From Pseudomonadota bacterium (GTDB lineage Bacteria > Pseudomonadota > Gammaproteobacteria > Burkholderiales > Rhodocyclaceae): a DNA stretch of 64,000 bases. How positions within the stretch are numbered: position 1 is the first letter of the stretch; every line of letters starts with the position of its first letter. Below the pieces are notes generated by a model. That model saw only the letters and a program-made list of their open reading frames with translations, ran no database searches and had not been told where the DNA came from. Both the position numbers and the translations under genes were made by a program. Shown here piece by piece: positions 18,684 through 29,584 of the stretch. Location: the NCBI GenBank assembly GCA_040756595.1, contig JBFLYR010000004.1, positions 22,695 to 86,694 of the forward strand, written 5' to 3'.

Positions 18684-19978
18684 GTTACGAAGAAGCCCTC
18701 GATCATTTGCTTGCCGCCGCAGAGCCCGTGGCGGAAACGAAGCAGTTGCCACTCTCGGTTGCACGCGGCCGCATCCTCGCCGAAGCGGTCGCTTCGACCG
18801 TGACGGTGCCGCCGCTCGACAACAGCGCGATGGACGGCTATGCGGTGCGCTGCGCGGATGTCCAACAGACCGGTGTGGCATTGCCCATATCGCAGCGCAT
18901 CCCGGCGGGCAGCGTCGGCCATGCGCTCGCAGCCGGTACGGCAGCGCGCATCTTCACCGGCGCGCCGGTACCGGCCGGTGCCGATGCGGTGGTGATGCAG
19001 GAATATTGCACGCAAATGAGCGAGCACGGCCCCGATGGCAGGGTGATCGTCAATCAGGTGCCGAAGCCCGGCCAGAACATCCGCCGTGCGGGCGAGGACA
19101 TCACTGCCGGCGCCGCCGTGCTGCAAGCCGGCACGCGCATCGGCGCGGCCGAGATCGGCCTCGCGGCCTCGATCGGCATCGCGCAACTGCCGGTGCGGCG
19201 CCACCTGCGCGTCGCGCTGCTGTCGACCGGCGACGAGCTGACCGAACCCGGCAATCCCCTGCCGCCGGGCGGCATCTACAACTCGAACCGCCATTTCCTG
19301 CGTGCGATGTTCGAGCAGATGGGTTGCACGGTGACCGATGCCGGCCATGTGCCGGACACGCTCGATGCGACGCGTGCGGCGCTGCGCGCGGCGGCGGAAG
19401 CGCACGACCTGATCGTCACCTCCGGCGGCGTGTCGGTGGGCGAGGAAGATCACGTCAAGCCGGCGGTCGAGGCGGAAGGCGCGCTGTCGCTGTGGAAGAT
19501 CGCCATCAAGCCGGGCAAACCGCTGGCCTTCGGCCATGTGCGAAAAGTCGGCGCTGGGCCGTCCCAAGCCGACGCCCCCCCTGTGGGGGGCAGCGAGCCG
19601 GGTTTGCGAGCGAGGGGGGCCAATAAAGTCGGCGCTGGCGGGACGGCATTCATCGGCCTGCCGGGCAACCCGGTTTCCTGCTTCGTGACCTTCCTGCTGT
19701 TCCTGCGCCCCTATGTGCTGAAGCGCATGGGCATGGCGACCACCTTGCCGCTGGCGCGTCAACTCGTGTCGGCGTCCGACTGGACCAAGCCCGAGGATCG
19801 GCGCAGCTTCCTGCGCGCGCGCATCGCGCCGGACGGCCGCGTCGAGTTGTATCCGAACCAGAGTTCCGGCGTGCTGACCTCCTGCGCCTGGGCCGACGGA
19901 CTGGTGGATGTCGAGGCGAACAAGACCTTCAAGGCGGGCGACCCGGTGCGCTATCTCGCCTTCGCCGACTTGCTATAG
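18677..19978 (+). CDS. moeA: Molybdopterin molybdenumtransferase MoeA (carries an in-frame insertion of about 35 codons)
   Basis: 433 aa with the motifs PPLDNSAMDGYAV, SGGVSVGEEDH, KPGKPLAFG and GLPGNPVS. The insertion lies between the last two motifs. Confidence 0.9.
   Translation: MLSYEEALDHLLAAAEPVAETKQLPLSVARGRILAEAVASTVTVPPLDNSAMDGYAVRCADVQQTGVALPISQRIPAGSVGHALAAGTAARIFTGAPVPAGADAVVMQEYCTQMSEHGPDGRVIVNQVPKPGQNIRRAGEDITAGAAVLQAGTRIGAAEIGLAASIGIAQLPVRRHLRVALLSTGDELTEPGNPLPPGGIYNSNRHFLRAMFEQMGCTVTDAGHVPDTLDATRAALRAAAEAHDLIVTSGGVSVGEEDHVKPAVEAEGALSLWKIAIKPGKPLAFGHVRKVGAGPSQADAPPVGGSEPGLRARGANKVGAGGTAFIGLPGNPVSCFVTFLLFLRPYVLKRMGMATTLPLARQLVSASDWTKPEDRRSFLRARIAPDGRVELYPNQSSGVLTSCAWADGLVDVEANKTFKAGDPVRYLAFADLL
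19544..19557 (+). repeat. 24-nt dispersed repeat, copy 5 (5' 14 nt only)
   Basis: AAAGTCGGCGCTGG is followed by GCCGTCCCAAGCCGAC, which resembles a deleted reverse-orientation copy. It lies in frame in moeA. Confidence 0.7.
19625..19648 (+). repeat. 24-nt dispersed repeat, copy 6 (perfect)
   Basis: AAAGTCGGCGCTGGCGGGACGGCA lies in frame in moeA and is read as KVGAGGTA. Confidence 0.95.
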
Positions 19979-19985
19979 TCACGCC

Positions 19986-20228
19986 ATGTTGAAAGTGCTC
20001 TATTTCGCCAATCTCCGCGAGGCTATCGGTTTCGGGGCGGAGAGTATCGAACTGCCGGCGGGCGTGGCCACAGTGGGTGAACTGCATGCCGCACTGGGCA
20101 CGCGACATGCAGCCTTGCTGACGGCTAAGAACCTGCGCGCAGCAGTCAATCAGAAGATGTGCGGCCTGGACGCACCCATTGCCGATGGCGACGAGGTGGC
20201 CTTCTTTCCGCCGGTGACTGGTGGATGA
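19986..20228 (+). CDS. moaD: Molybdopterin synthase sulfur-carrier subunit MoaD
   Basis: 80 aa ending in the diagnostic C-terminal GG (FFPPVTGG). It lies between moeA and moaE. Confidence 0.88.
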   Translation: MLKVLYFANLREAIGFGAESIELPAGVATVGELHAALGTRHAALLTAKNLRAAVNQKMCGLDAPIADGDEVAFFPPVTGG

Positions 20229-20674
20229 ACGCAGTCGCTGTCCAGGAAGCCGACTTCGACGTCGGCGCGGAAATCGCGGCACTCTCGGCGAGCGATGCCG
20301 AGGCGGGAGCGGTCGCCAGCTTCGTCGGCCTCGTGCGGGGCGGCGAAGTGGCGGCGATGACGCTCGAACATTATCCGGGGATGACCGAGCAGGCGCTGGT
20401 GGAAATCGTCGCGCAGGCGCGGGAGCGCTGGGAAGTGCGGCGCGTGCGCGTGATCCATCGCGTCGGCAAGCTGCTGCCGGGCGAGCGCATCGTGTTTGTT
20501 GGCGTGAGCTCGGCGCATCGCCACGATGCATTCGCGGCCTGCGAATTCATCATGGACTACCTCAAGACACGCGCCCCGTTCTGGAAGAAAGAACAAACGG
20601 CCGCAGGCGGTCGTTGGGTTGATGCGCGGGAGTCGGATGATGCGGCCGCCCAGCGATGGCAGGGCGGCCAGTAG
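20225..20674 (+). CDS. moaE: Molybdopterin synthase catalytic subunit MoaE
   Basis: 149 aa whose ATG overlaps the moaD stop codon. It has the motifs GAVASFVGLVR, LEHYPGM and APFWKKE. Confidence 0.88.
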   Translation: MNAVAVQEADFDVGAEIAALSASDAEAGAVASFVGLVRGGEVAAMTLEHYPGMTEQALVEIVAQARERWEVRRVRVIHRVGKLLPGERIVFVGVSSAHRHDAFAACEFIMDYLKTRAPFWKKEQTAAGGRWVDARESDDAAAQRWQGGQ

Positions 20675-20692
20675 TACTCAAGCTTAAATCGC

Positions 20693-21208
20693 TTACTTCT
20701 TCTTCGCTGTGCTTTTCTGTGCCATTTCGGTCATGCCGGCGAAGCTGGCGGTCGTGGCCTTGGCCATCTGTTCGAAGGCGCTGTTGGCTGTGCTCATCGC
20801 CTGTTGCATCATTTCGAGCATGTTCGGTGTCTGGCCGGGCAGGGTCTTGAAGAAGCCCTGGAAGGCATCGGCCATTTCCTGACTGCCGGAGGCGAGCTGT
20901 TCGGTGAGCATGCGCGAGAAGGCAATGCGCGAATCGTTGCCGATCTCCGCGACCTGTTGTGCGACGCCCATCATCTTGCGCGCGGTTTCCTGTGCGTATT
21001 CAGCGCGCAGGCGCAATACTTCCTGCGGATCTTTCGCACCACTTTGCGCACGCGCATTCTGGACGCCATCATTGAACAGCTCGCGTGCCAGTTCGTTCTG
21101 CAGGGCCATCACACGCTGTGAATTCTCGATCGACAATTGCGCGAGGCGCATTGCCGCTTCCATGTTCTTGCGATTCAATTCGTTCAGATTTTCGACTTTT
21201 CCAACCAT
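20693..21208 (-). CDS. phaP: Phasin-family (PHA granule-associated) protein
   Basis: 171 aa, Ala/Gln/Met-rich and helical. The N-terminal NELNRKNMEAAMRLAQLSIENSQRV is typical of the TIGR01841-type phasins of betaproteobacteria. Confidence 0.75.
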   Translation of the reverse strand: MVGKVENLNELNRKNMEAAMRLAQLSIENSQRVMALQNELARELFNDGVQNARAQSGAKDPQEVLRLRAEYAQETARKMMGVAQQVAEIGNDSRIAFSRMLTEQLASGSQEMADAFQGFFKTLPGQTPNMLEMMQQAMSTANSAFEQMAKATTASFAGMTEMAQKSTAKKK

Positions 21209-21278
21209 GATGGATTCCTCCCTTGGGTAATCGGCCGATTCAATGTAACACGAGGCACTGGCAAAAATCTGACTGGAA

Positions 21279-22898
21279 TCAAGAATTTGTCACTTTTGTG
21301 TGGGCGAGCACCATCTTCGCGTGACCAAAGATGCGCGCGTCCATGAGGACGGGTGGCGCATGCATGACCGGCTTGAAATCCATGTGGGCGAGGATGTCGC
21401 GCTCGATGTCGATGCCCGGCGCGATCTCGGTCAATTCGAGGCCTTCCGCGCAGAGCCGGAAGACGCAACGCTCGGTGATGTAGAGCACGGTCTGTCCGCG
21501 CTTCCAGGCTTCCGATCCACTGAAGGTGCGGTGCTCGACTTCCGTGACGAACTTGTGTGACTTGCCTTCCTTGACGATGCGCAGCTTGCCGTCCTCGATC
21601 GCGATGTCGAGACTGCCGGCGGTGAAGGTGCCGACGAAGACCACCTTGCGCGCGGTCTGCGAAATGTTGATGAAGCCGCCGGCGCCGGCAAGGCGTGGAC
21701 CGAACTTGCTGACGTTGAGGTTGCCGGCCTGGTCGGCCTGTGCGAGGCCGAGGAAGGTGATGTCGAGGCCGCCGCCATCGTAGAAATCGAACTGGCTCGG
21801 CTGGTCGATGATGGCCTGCGTGTTGGTCGCCGCGCCGAAATTCAGGCCGCCGGCCGGGATGCCGCCGACAACGCCCGGCTCGGCGGTCATGGTCATCAGG
21901 TCGAGGATGCGCTCTTCGGCCGCAACGGCGGCGACACCTTCCGGCATGCCGATGCCGAGGTTGACGATCGCACCGGAGGTGAGTTCGAGCGCCGCGCGGC
22001 GCGCGATGATCTTGCGCTCGCTCATCGGCATTGGCGGAATCGCCGAAAGCGGTACCTTGATCTCGCCGGAGAAGGCCGGGCTGTACTGCTCGATGAAGGT
22101 CTGCATGTGGTATTCGGGCTTCTCGGCGATGACAATGCAATCGACGAGGATGCCGGGAATCTTCACGTTGCGCGGGTTGAGTGAACCGCGCGCGGCGACA
22201 CGCTCCACCTGCGCGATGACGATGCCTCCCGAATTGTGTGCGGCCATCGCGATGGCCTGCGCTTCCAGCGTCAGCGCTTCCTTTTCCATGCTGATGTTGC
22301 CGTCCTGGTCGGCCGTGGTGCCGCGGATGATGCCGACGTGGATCGGGAAGGCTTTGTAGAAAAGATATTCCTCACCGTCGATCTCCATTCGCCGCACGAC
22401 ATCAGTCGTCGTTTTCTCATTGAGCTTGCCGCCGCCGAAGCGTGGATCGACGAAGGTGCCGAGGCCAATGCGCGTCAGCGTGCCCGGCTTGCCGGCAGCG
22501 ATGTCGCGGAACAGGTGGGCGATCACGCCCTGCGGCAGGTTCCACGCCTCGATGCGGTTCCCGACCGCAAGTTCCTGCAGGCGCGGCGCCAGCCCCCAGT
22601 GGCCGCCGATGACGCGGCCGACCAGGCCGTTGTGGCCGAGGTGGTTGAGGCCGCGGTCCTTGCCGTCGCCCTGGCCGGCGGCATAGACGAGGCCGATGTT
22701 GCGCGGCGCACCTTCTTCCAGATAGCGCTCTTCGAGCGCGACGGCGATGTTCTCGGCGAAGCCGATGCCGACGAAGCCGCCTGTGGCGAGCATGTCGCCA
22801 TCCTTGATCAGGCCGACTGCCTCGCGTGCGCTCATGACCTTGCCGCTCTTGCGGGCCTGCAACGCCGCCAAGGCTAGGTTTTTCGTTCTTTCTGCCAT
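21279..22898 (-). CDS. Acyl-CoA:acetate/3-ketoacid (propionate) CoA-transferase, fused alpha-beta type
   Basis: 539 aa with the motifs [21 protein letters not shown] and GGFINISQ (family I CoA-transferase, YdiF/Pct-like). Confidence 0.8.
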   Translation of the reverse strand: MAERTKNLALAALQARKSGKVMSAREAVGLIKDGDMLATGGFVGIGFAENIAVALEERYLEEGAPRNIGLVYAAGQGDGKDRGLNHLGHNGLVGRVIGGHWGLAPRLQELAVGNRIEAWNLPQGVIAHLFRDIAAGKPGTLTRIGLGTFVDPRFGGGKLNEKTTTDVVRRMEIDGEEYLFYKAFPIHVGIIRGTTADQDGNISMEKEALTLEAQAIAMAAHNSGGIVIAQVERVAARGSLNPRNVKIPGILVDCIVIAEKPEYHMQTFIEQYSPAFSGEIKVPLSAIPPMPMSERKIIARRAALELTSGAIVNLGIGMPEGVAAVAAEERILDLMTMTAEPGVVGGIPAGGLNFGAATNTQAIIDQPSQFDFYDGGGLDITFLGLAQADQAGNLNVSKFGPRLAGAGGFINISQTARKVVFVGTFTAGSLDIAIEDGKLRIVKEGKSHKFVTEVEHRTFSGSEAWKRGQTVLYITERCVFRLCAEGLELTEIAPGIDIERDILAHMDFKPVMHAPPVLMDARIFGHAKMVLAHTKVTNS

Positions 22899-22944
22899 CT
22901 CCGTCTCCCTGTTGTGCCGCGAATTATGCGCTGGCGGTCGGCAG

Positions 22945-22971
22945 TTGAAAATGACCTACGAAGCCCAATCT
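22945..22971 (+). promoter_or_regulatory. Candidate sigma32 (RpoH) heat-shock promoter of clpB
   Basis: TTGAAA (22945-22950), a 13-nt spacer, then CCCAATCT (22964-22971), compared with the consensus CTTGAAA-N13-14-CCCCATNT. It lies 29 nt upstream of the clpB ATG, with an AGGAG ribosome-binding site between. Confidence 0.6.
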
Positions 22972-22999
22972 TGGCAATAACCACATTCAGGAGTCAGTC

Positions 23000-25594
<2,595 letters not shown>

Positions 25595-25600
25595 CCCTGC

Positions 25601-27259
25601 TCAGGTGGCGTCGGCTTCGTCCGACGCCATGCGCCAGGTGTTGCGGCCGGCGCTCTTTGCGAAATACATCGCCCGGTCGGCAGCCGCAATCAGCGTATCG
25701 GCGTTTTCTCCATCCGAGGGGAAAGTGGCGACACCAATCGACACGGTGACGCCGAATTCGATGCCGTCGATCAGCAGCGGTGCGGCGAGAAGGCGCACGA
25801 TCTTTTCAGCAAGGACACCGGCCTCCGCAGTGTTTTCGATTTCCGGTGCCAGCACGACGAACTCGTCGCCGCCGAGGCGGGCGACCGTGTCGGATGCCCG
25901 AATGTGTTTGCCCAGCCGCTGCGCAATTTCGCACAGCACAGCATCGCCGATGCGGTGTCCATGGCTGTCGTTGATCGGCTTGAAGTTGTCGAGGTCGACG
26001 AAGAGCAGTGCGAACTGCCGCTGGTAGCGTTGCGCGTTGGCAAGGATGTGCTGCACCCGGTCGTTGAACAGGGCGCGATTGGGCAGCTTCGTCAGGAAGT
26101 CGTATTGCGCCATCTGCTGCATGCGTGCGGCGGCGGCCTTGTGCTCGGTGATGTCGGAAATGATGGCGACATGGTTGACGATCGCGCCGGCATCGTTGCG
26201 CAGCAAGGTGATGGAGAGCCAGTCGGCATTGATGCTGCCATCCTTGTGCCGGTTATGTACTTCGCCTTCCCAGCGTCCTCTTGAGGCCAGTGTCTTCCAG
26301 AGTTCGGCGTAGAACTCGTCTGAATGCTCGCCGGAGCGGAGGAGGGCGGGCGTCTGGCCGAGCGCTTCTTCGGCGGAATAGCCGGTGATCGCGGAGAACG
26401 CCTGGTTGATCGAGATGATGCGGTTTTCGGCGTTGGTGACGAAAATGCCGTCGTGGCTGGTATCGAAGACGGTCGCCGCGATCCGCAGTCGTTCCAAATC
26501 CTTTTTGCGCTCGTCGACGTCGGTGATAACGGCGATCATGCCGATCAGTTTGCCGTCCTCGTCGTTCATCCGGCTGGCGCTCAGATGGCCCCAGAATTCC
26601 GTGCCATCGTGGCGCCAGTAAAGCCGGTCAAATTCCGCGGTCTGGAACTCGTTGCCCGCCATTTTCATCAGGCTCCGGTGCGCGGCTTCGCGCTCGCGCG
26701 GATGCACGAGGCTGACATAGCCACTGCCAACCAGTTTGTCGAGCGGGCGACCGAACATGCGAGCTGCCGACTGGTTGGCGTGGATGAGCGTGCCGTGGGC
26801 ATCCGAAACCAGAATCGCGACGTTGGCCGTGTCGTAGATCGCCCGTAATAGCCGCTTGCGATCCTCGACCGCCTTCAGTGTGTCATGATGGGCGCTGACA
26901 TCCCAGCACGACCCGCCAAAGCCGAGGAAATTTCCGGCGCTGTCGTGAAGCGGCGACCCATTATCGACAATCCAGCGGTACTCGCCACTGTGATGCAGCA
27001 AGCGGTATTCGATCGAAAAAGCGGTGCGCGCATCAAAGTTCGCGTGGTAGATGCGCTGGCAGCGCTCGACGTCCGCGGGATGCACACCACTGGCCCAGCC
27101 GTCACCCATTTCCTGTTCGAGCGTGCGGCCAGTGAAATTCAGCCATGCCTGGTTGAACCACATGCACTGTTTGTCGGTACCCGAAACCCAGGTCAGAACA
27201 CTCGCCGACTCGGCCAGCGCCTGAAAATTGACCTCAAAAGAAGGAGGTGATGCTGACAT
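25601..27259 (-). CDS. PAS/PAC-sensor diguanylate cyclase (GGDEF)
   Basis: It has three PAS-like repeats and a C-terminal GGDEF domain (RLGGDEFVVLA, FKPINDSHGH). ATG 27259 is preferred; the longer ORF reaching 27334 would overlap tag by 44 nt. Confidence 0.85.
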   Translation of the reverse strand: MSASPPSFEVNFQALAESASVLTWVSGTDKQCMWFNQAWLNFTGRTLEQEMGDGWASGVHPADVERCQRIYHANFDARTAFSIEYRLLHHSGEYRWIVDNGSPLHDSAGNFLGFGGSCWDVSAHHDTLKAVEDRKRLLRAIYDTANVAILVSDAHGTLIHANQSAARMFGRPLDKLVGSGYVSLVHPREREAAHRSLMKMAGNEFQTAEFDRLYWRHDGTEFWGHLSASRMNDEDGKLIGMIAVITDVDERKKDLERLRIAATVFDTSHDGIFVTNAENRIISINQAFSAITGYSAEEALGQTPALLRSGEHSDEFYAELWKTLASRGRWEGEVHNRHKDGSINADWLSITLLRNDAGAIVNHVAIISDITEHKAAAARMQQMAQYDFLTKLPNRALFNDRVQHILANAQRYQRQFALLFVDLDNFKPINDSHGHRIGDAVLCEIAQRLGKHIRASDTVARLGGDEFVVLAPEIENTAEAGVLAEKIVRLLAAPLLIDGIEFGVTVSIGVATFPSDGENADTLIAAADRAMYFAKSAGRNTWRMASDEADAT

Positions 27260-27290
27260 AAGTTGAATTGATATTGGGGATGGCCGAATG

Positions 27291-27851
27291 CTACCGTAAC
27301 TCGGCATGCCGGTGGCAGCCGACCAGATGGTCATTGACCATGCCCGTGGCCTGCATGTGCGAATAGATCACCGTCGGGCCGACGAAGCGGAAGCCGCGTT
27401 GTTTCAGTTCCTTCGACAGCGCTGCGGCGGTCGGTGTGAATACCGGCACCTGTTCAAGCCATTTCCAGCGGTTGATGACGGGTTTCCCGTCGACATGTTT
27501 CCAGAATAGGTTGTTCAGGTTGCTGCCTGTCTCGTACAAGGAGAGGGTGGCGCGGGCGTTGTCGATTGCAGCAGCGATCTTCAGGCGGTTACGCACGATG
27601 CCGGCATCAGCCAGCAGGCGGGCGACTTCCTGTTCGCCGTAGCGTGCCACCTTCTCAGGGTCGAAGCCGTCGAAGGCGCGGCGATAGTTTTCGCGCTTGC
27701 GCAGGATGGTGATCCACGACAGGCCGGCCTGCGCACCTTCGAGGATCAGGAATTCGAACAGGGTGCGCTCGTCATGGCAGGGCACCCCCCATTCGGTGTC
27801 GTGATAGGCGACATACAACGGATCATCGCCGCACCACGGGCAGCGCTGCAT
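27291..27851 (-). CDS. tag: DNA-3-methyladenine glycosylase I
   Basis: 186 aa, beginning MQRCPWCGDDPLYVAYHDTEWGVP, with FEFLILEGAQAGLSW. These are classic Tag motifs, including the zinc snap. Confidence 0.92.
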   Translation of the reverse strand: MQRCPWCGDDPLYVAYHDTEWGVPCHDERTLFEFLILEGAQAGLSWITILRKRENYRRAFDGFDPEKVARYGEQEVARLLADAGIVRNRLKIAAAIDNARATLSLYETGSNLNNLFWKHVDGKPVINRWKWLEQVPVFTPTAAALSKELKQRGFRFVGPTVIYSHMQATGMVNDHLVGCHRHAELR

Positions 27852-27858
27852 GCCGGTC

Positions 27859-28422
27859 TTACCAGTGCCGCACGCGGCCGGTATCGAGGTGCACGAACTG
27901 GCTGCCGGGGTAATAGCCGACGCCGCCGAGCTTCAGCGATAGCGCCGCGTCGCGCACATCGGCAAGCGGTACGCCGGGCAGGCGGATGTCGATCGCCTTG
28001 CCATCCATGTGCAGGCTGCGCTTGGCCACGCCACCGCCACGGGTGTTTCTCAGTGTCTGGTTGGTGGTCGGGCAGCGATAACCCGAGATGACGTGGAATG
28101 GGTCGTTGCAGCCAAGCTCCTGTTGCAGGCGATGCAGCAGATCGAAAAGCTGCGGATCGATTCGGCCGATTTCGCCGGAATAGTGATCGCGCAGGAAGTG
28201 GTTCAGTACGGTCAGCGCATCCGGCACATAGAGTTCGTCGACGGCATAGGTCAGCGCGATGCGTTCGCCCGTGTGGGTATGGCTGAAAGCCAGGCTACGT
28301 GCATTGGGAAGTTCCGCCAAGTTCGCCAGCGCTTTTTGGGCGAAGGGCAGCATCATGCCGCCGATGGCCAACTTTGCCGAGTTGCGCAGGAAGATGCGGC
28401 GGGAATGTTTCTGTTGTTTCAT
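27859..28422 (-). CDS. mepK: DUF882 / peptidase M15 family murein endopeptidase (YcbK/MepK-like), Tat-signal
   Basis: 187 aa from ATG 28422. It has a twin-arginine leader (SRRIFLRNSAKLAIGG), then SGYRCPTTN, HMDGKAIDI and FVHLD metal ligands. Confidence 0.75.
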   Translation of the reverse strand: MKQQKHSRRIFLRNSAKLAIGGMMLPFAQKALANLAELPNARSLAFSHTHTGERIALTYAVDELYVPDALTVLNHFLRDHYSGEIGRIDPQLFDLLHRLQQELGCNDPFHVISGYRCPTTNQTLRNTRGGGVAKRSLHMDGKAIDIRLPGVPLADVRDAALSLKLGGVGYYPGSQFVHLDTGRVRHW

Positions 28423-28426
28423 GGGC

Positions 28427-29584
28427 TTATTGTAGCTCGTCAAGTCCGTAGAGATCGGGGAAGAAGCGGATGCGGCCATCGTCGCCGGGCAGCGCAGTGA
28501 GATAGGCAATCACCACCGGCAGGGGTTCCTGCAGGTGCAGCGTAGAGGAAATGCCTTTCGCCATCGCAACCTCGATGCGTGCCTGATCCCAGTCTGCTTG
28601 CGGGGCAAGAACGAACTTGGCCAGCGCCAGCGGTTCCTCGACGCGGATGCAGCCGTGGCTGAAATCGCGTCGCGCCTTGTTGAACAGGCGGACAGCCGGG
28701 GTGTGATGCAGGTAGATGTTGTCACTGTTGGGGAACACGAACTTGATGCCGCCCAGCGCATTCTTCGGCCCCGGCCGCTGGCGGATGCGCAGATTGCCCT
28801 CCAGTACTGCGGCCAGGTTGTCATCCGACAGCGTGGTGTCGGTACCTCCCGCGCGACTATAGAACTCGAAGCCCTGTTCTTCGAAGTAGGCCGGATCACT
28901 GCGCAGCTTGGGAATCGTCTCCTGGCGTGCGATCGACGGCGGCACGTTCCAATACGGGCTGAATTCGATGTAGCGCATTTCCTCGACGAACAGTGGCGTG
29001 CGCGTCTTCAGCGCACTGCCGACGATGATTTTCATGTGCAGCTTTTCCGTGTTCCCTTCGAATGCGCGCAGCGAGAATTCCGGCACATTGACAAGCAGCC
29101 AGCGCGGCGAAAATGGCAACTGCTTCAGGCGTTCGATATTCAGCTCGATCTGGCGCGCGCGTTGTGCCGGAGGAACCTTGAGTTGGGCCAGCGTGTCCTT
29201 GCCGATCACGCCATCGGGTTCGAGGCCGTGGCGACGCTGGAAAGCAACGACACCCTCGACGAGCTTGCCTGCGTAGCGTGGTGGCACTTCGGTGTCGGCA
29301 GGCAGGTCGCCCAGGGCGACAAGGCGCCCGATCAGCAGGGCGAGTCCGGCGTAGGGTTTACCGGGTTCGAGTTTGCGGGGGATGGGGGGGAGCGGTTCGC
29401 TCCACGCGGCTTGTACTGTCGGGTCGGCAGCCAGTTGCCGATAGTGCGGTAGCGCCGTATCGAGCCCGTCGATCAGCGGGTTTGCCTGCGCCACGCCGAA
29501 GATCAGCAGGCCGGCCAGAAAGGCCAGTAACCGCCCGCCTATGCCAACGTTTGGGAGTCGGCGCTGGCGGGACGGCACAGGCAT
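28427..29584 (-). CDS. L,D-transpeptidase (YkuD domain with PG-binding domain; YcbB/LdtD-like)
   Basis: 385 aa with a signal peptide, the PG-binding-like VVAFQRRHGLEPDGVIG, and the catalytic HGCIRV motif. Confidence 0.85.
   Translation of the reverse strand: MPVPSRQRRLPNVGIGGRLLAFLAGLLIFGVAQANPLIDGLDTALPHYRQLAADPTVQAAWSEPLPPIPRKLEPGKPYAGLALLIGRLVALGDLPADTEVPPRYAGKLVEGVVAFQRRHGLEPDGVIGKDTLAQLKVPPAQRARQIELNIERLKQLPFSPRWLLVNVPEFSLRAFEGNTEKLHMKIIVGSALKTRTPLFVEEMRYIEFSPYWNVPPSIARQETIPKLRSDPAYFEEQGFEFYSRAGGTDTTLSDDNLAAVLEGNLRIRQRPGPKNALGGIKFVFPNSDNIYLHHTPAVRLFNKARRDFSHGCIRVEEPLALAKFVLAPQADWDQARIEVAMAKGISSTLHLQEPLPVVIAYLTALPGDDGRIRFFPDLYGLDELQ
29554..29577 (+). repeat. 24-nt dispersed repeat, copy 8 (2 substitutions at nt 1-2)
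   Basis: GGAGTCGGCGCTGGCGGGACGGCA lies antisense within codons 3-10 of the L,D-transpeptidase and is read as PSRQRRLP. Confidence 0.88.

Noticed and set aside
20258-20281. GACGTCGGCGCGGAAATCGCGGCA in moaE (15/24 identity to the repeat).
   Set aside because: Identity is low. The segment encodes the typical MoaE N-terminus (DFDVGAEI), so this is most likely chance similarity.
22928-22943. GCGCTGGCGGTCGGCA upstream of clpB, resembling the 3' two-thirds of the repeat with a 1-nt deletion.
   Set aside because: It lacks the 5' arm, and the ACGGC arm is altered to TCGGC. It may be a remnant, but this is not supportable by eye.
25607-25628. Perfect 8-bp hairpin GGCGTCGG-cttcgt-CCGACGCC just after the clpB stop codon, considered as a possible terminator.
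   Set aside because: No U-tract follows on either strand. It lies inside the 3' coding end of the convergent GGDEF gene and may simply encode its C-terminus (EADAT).
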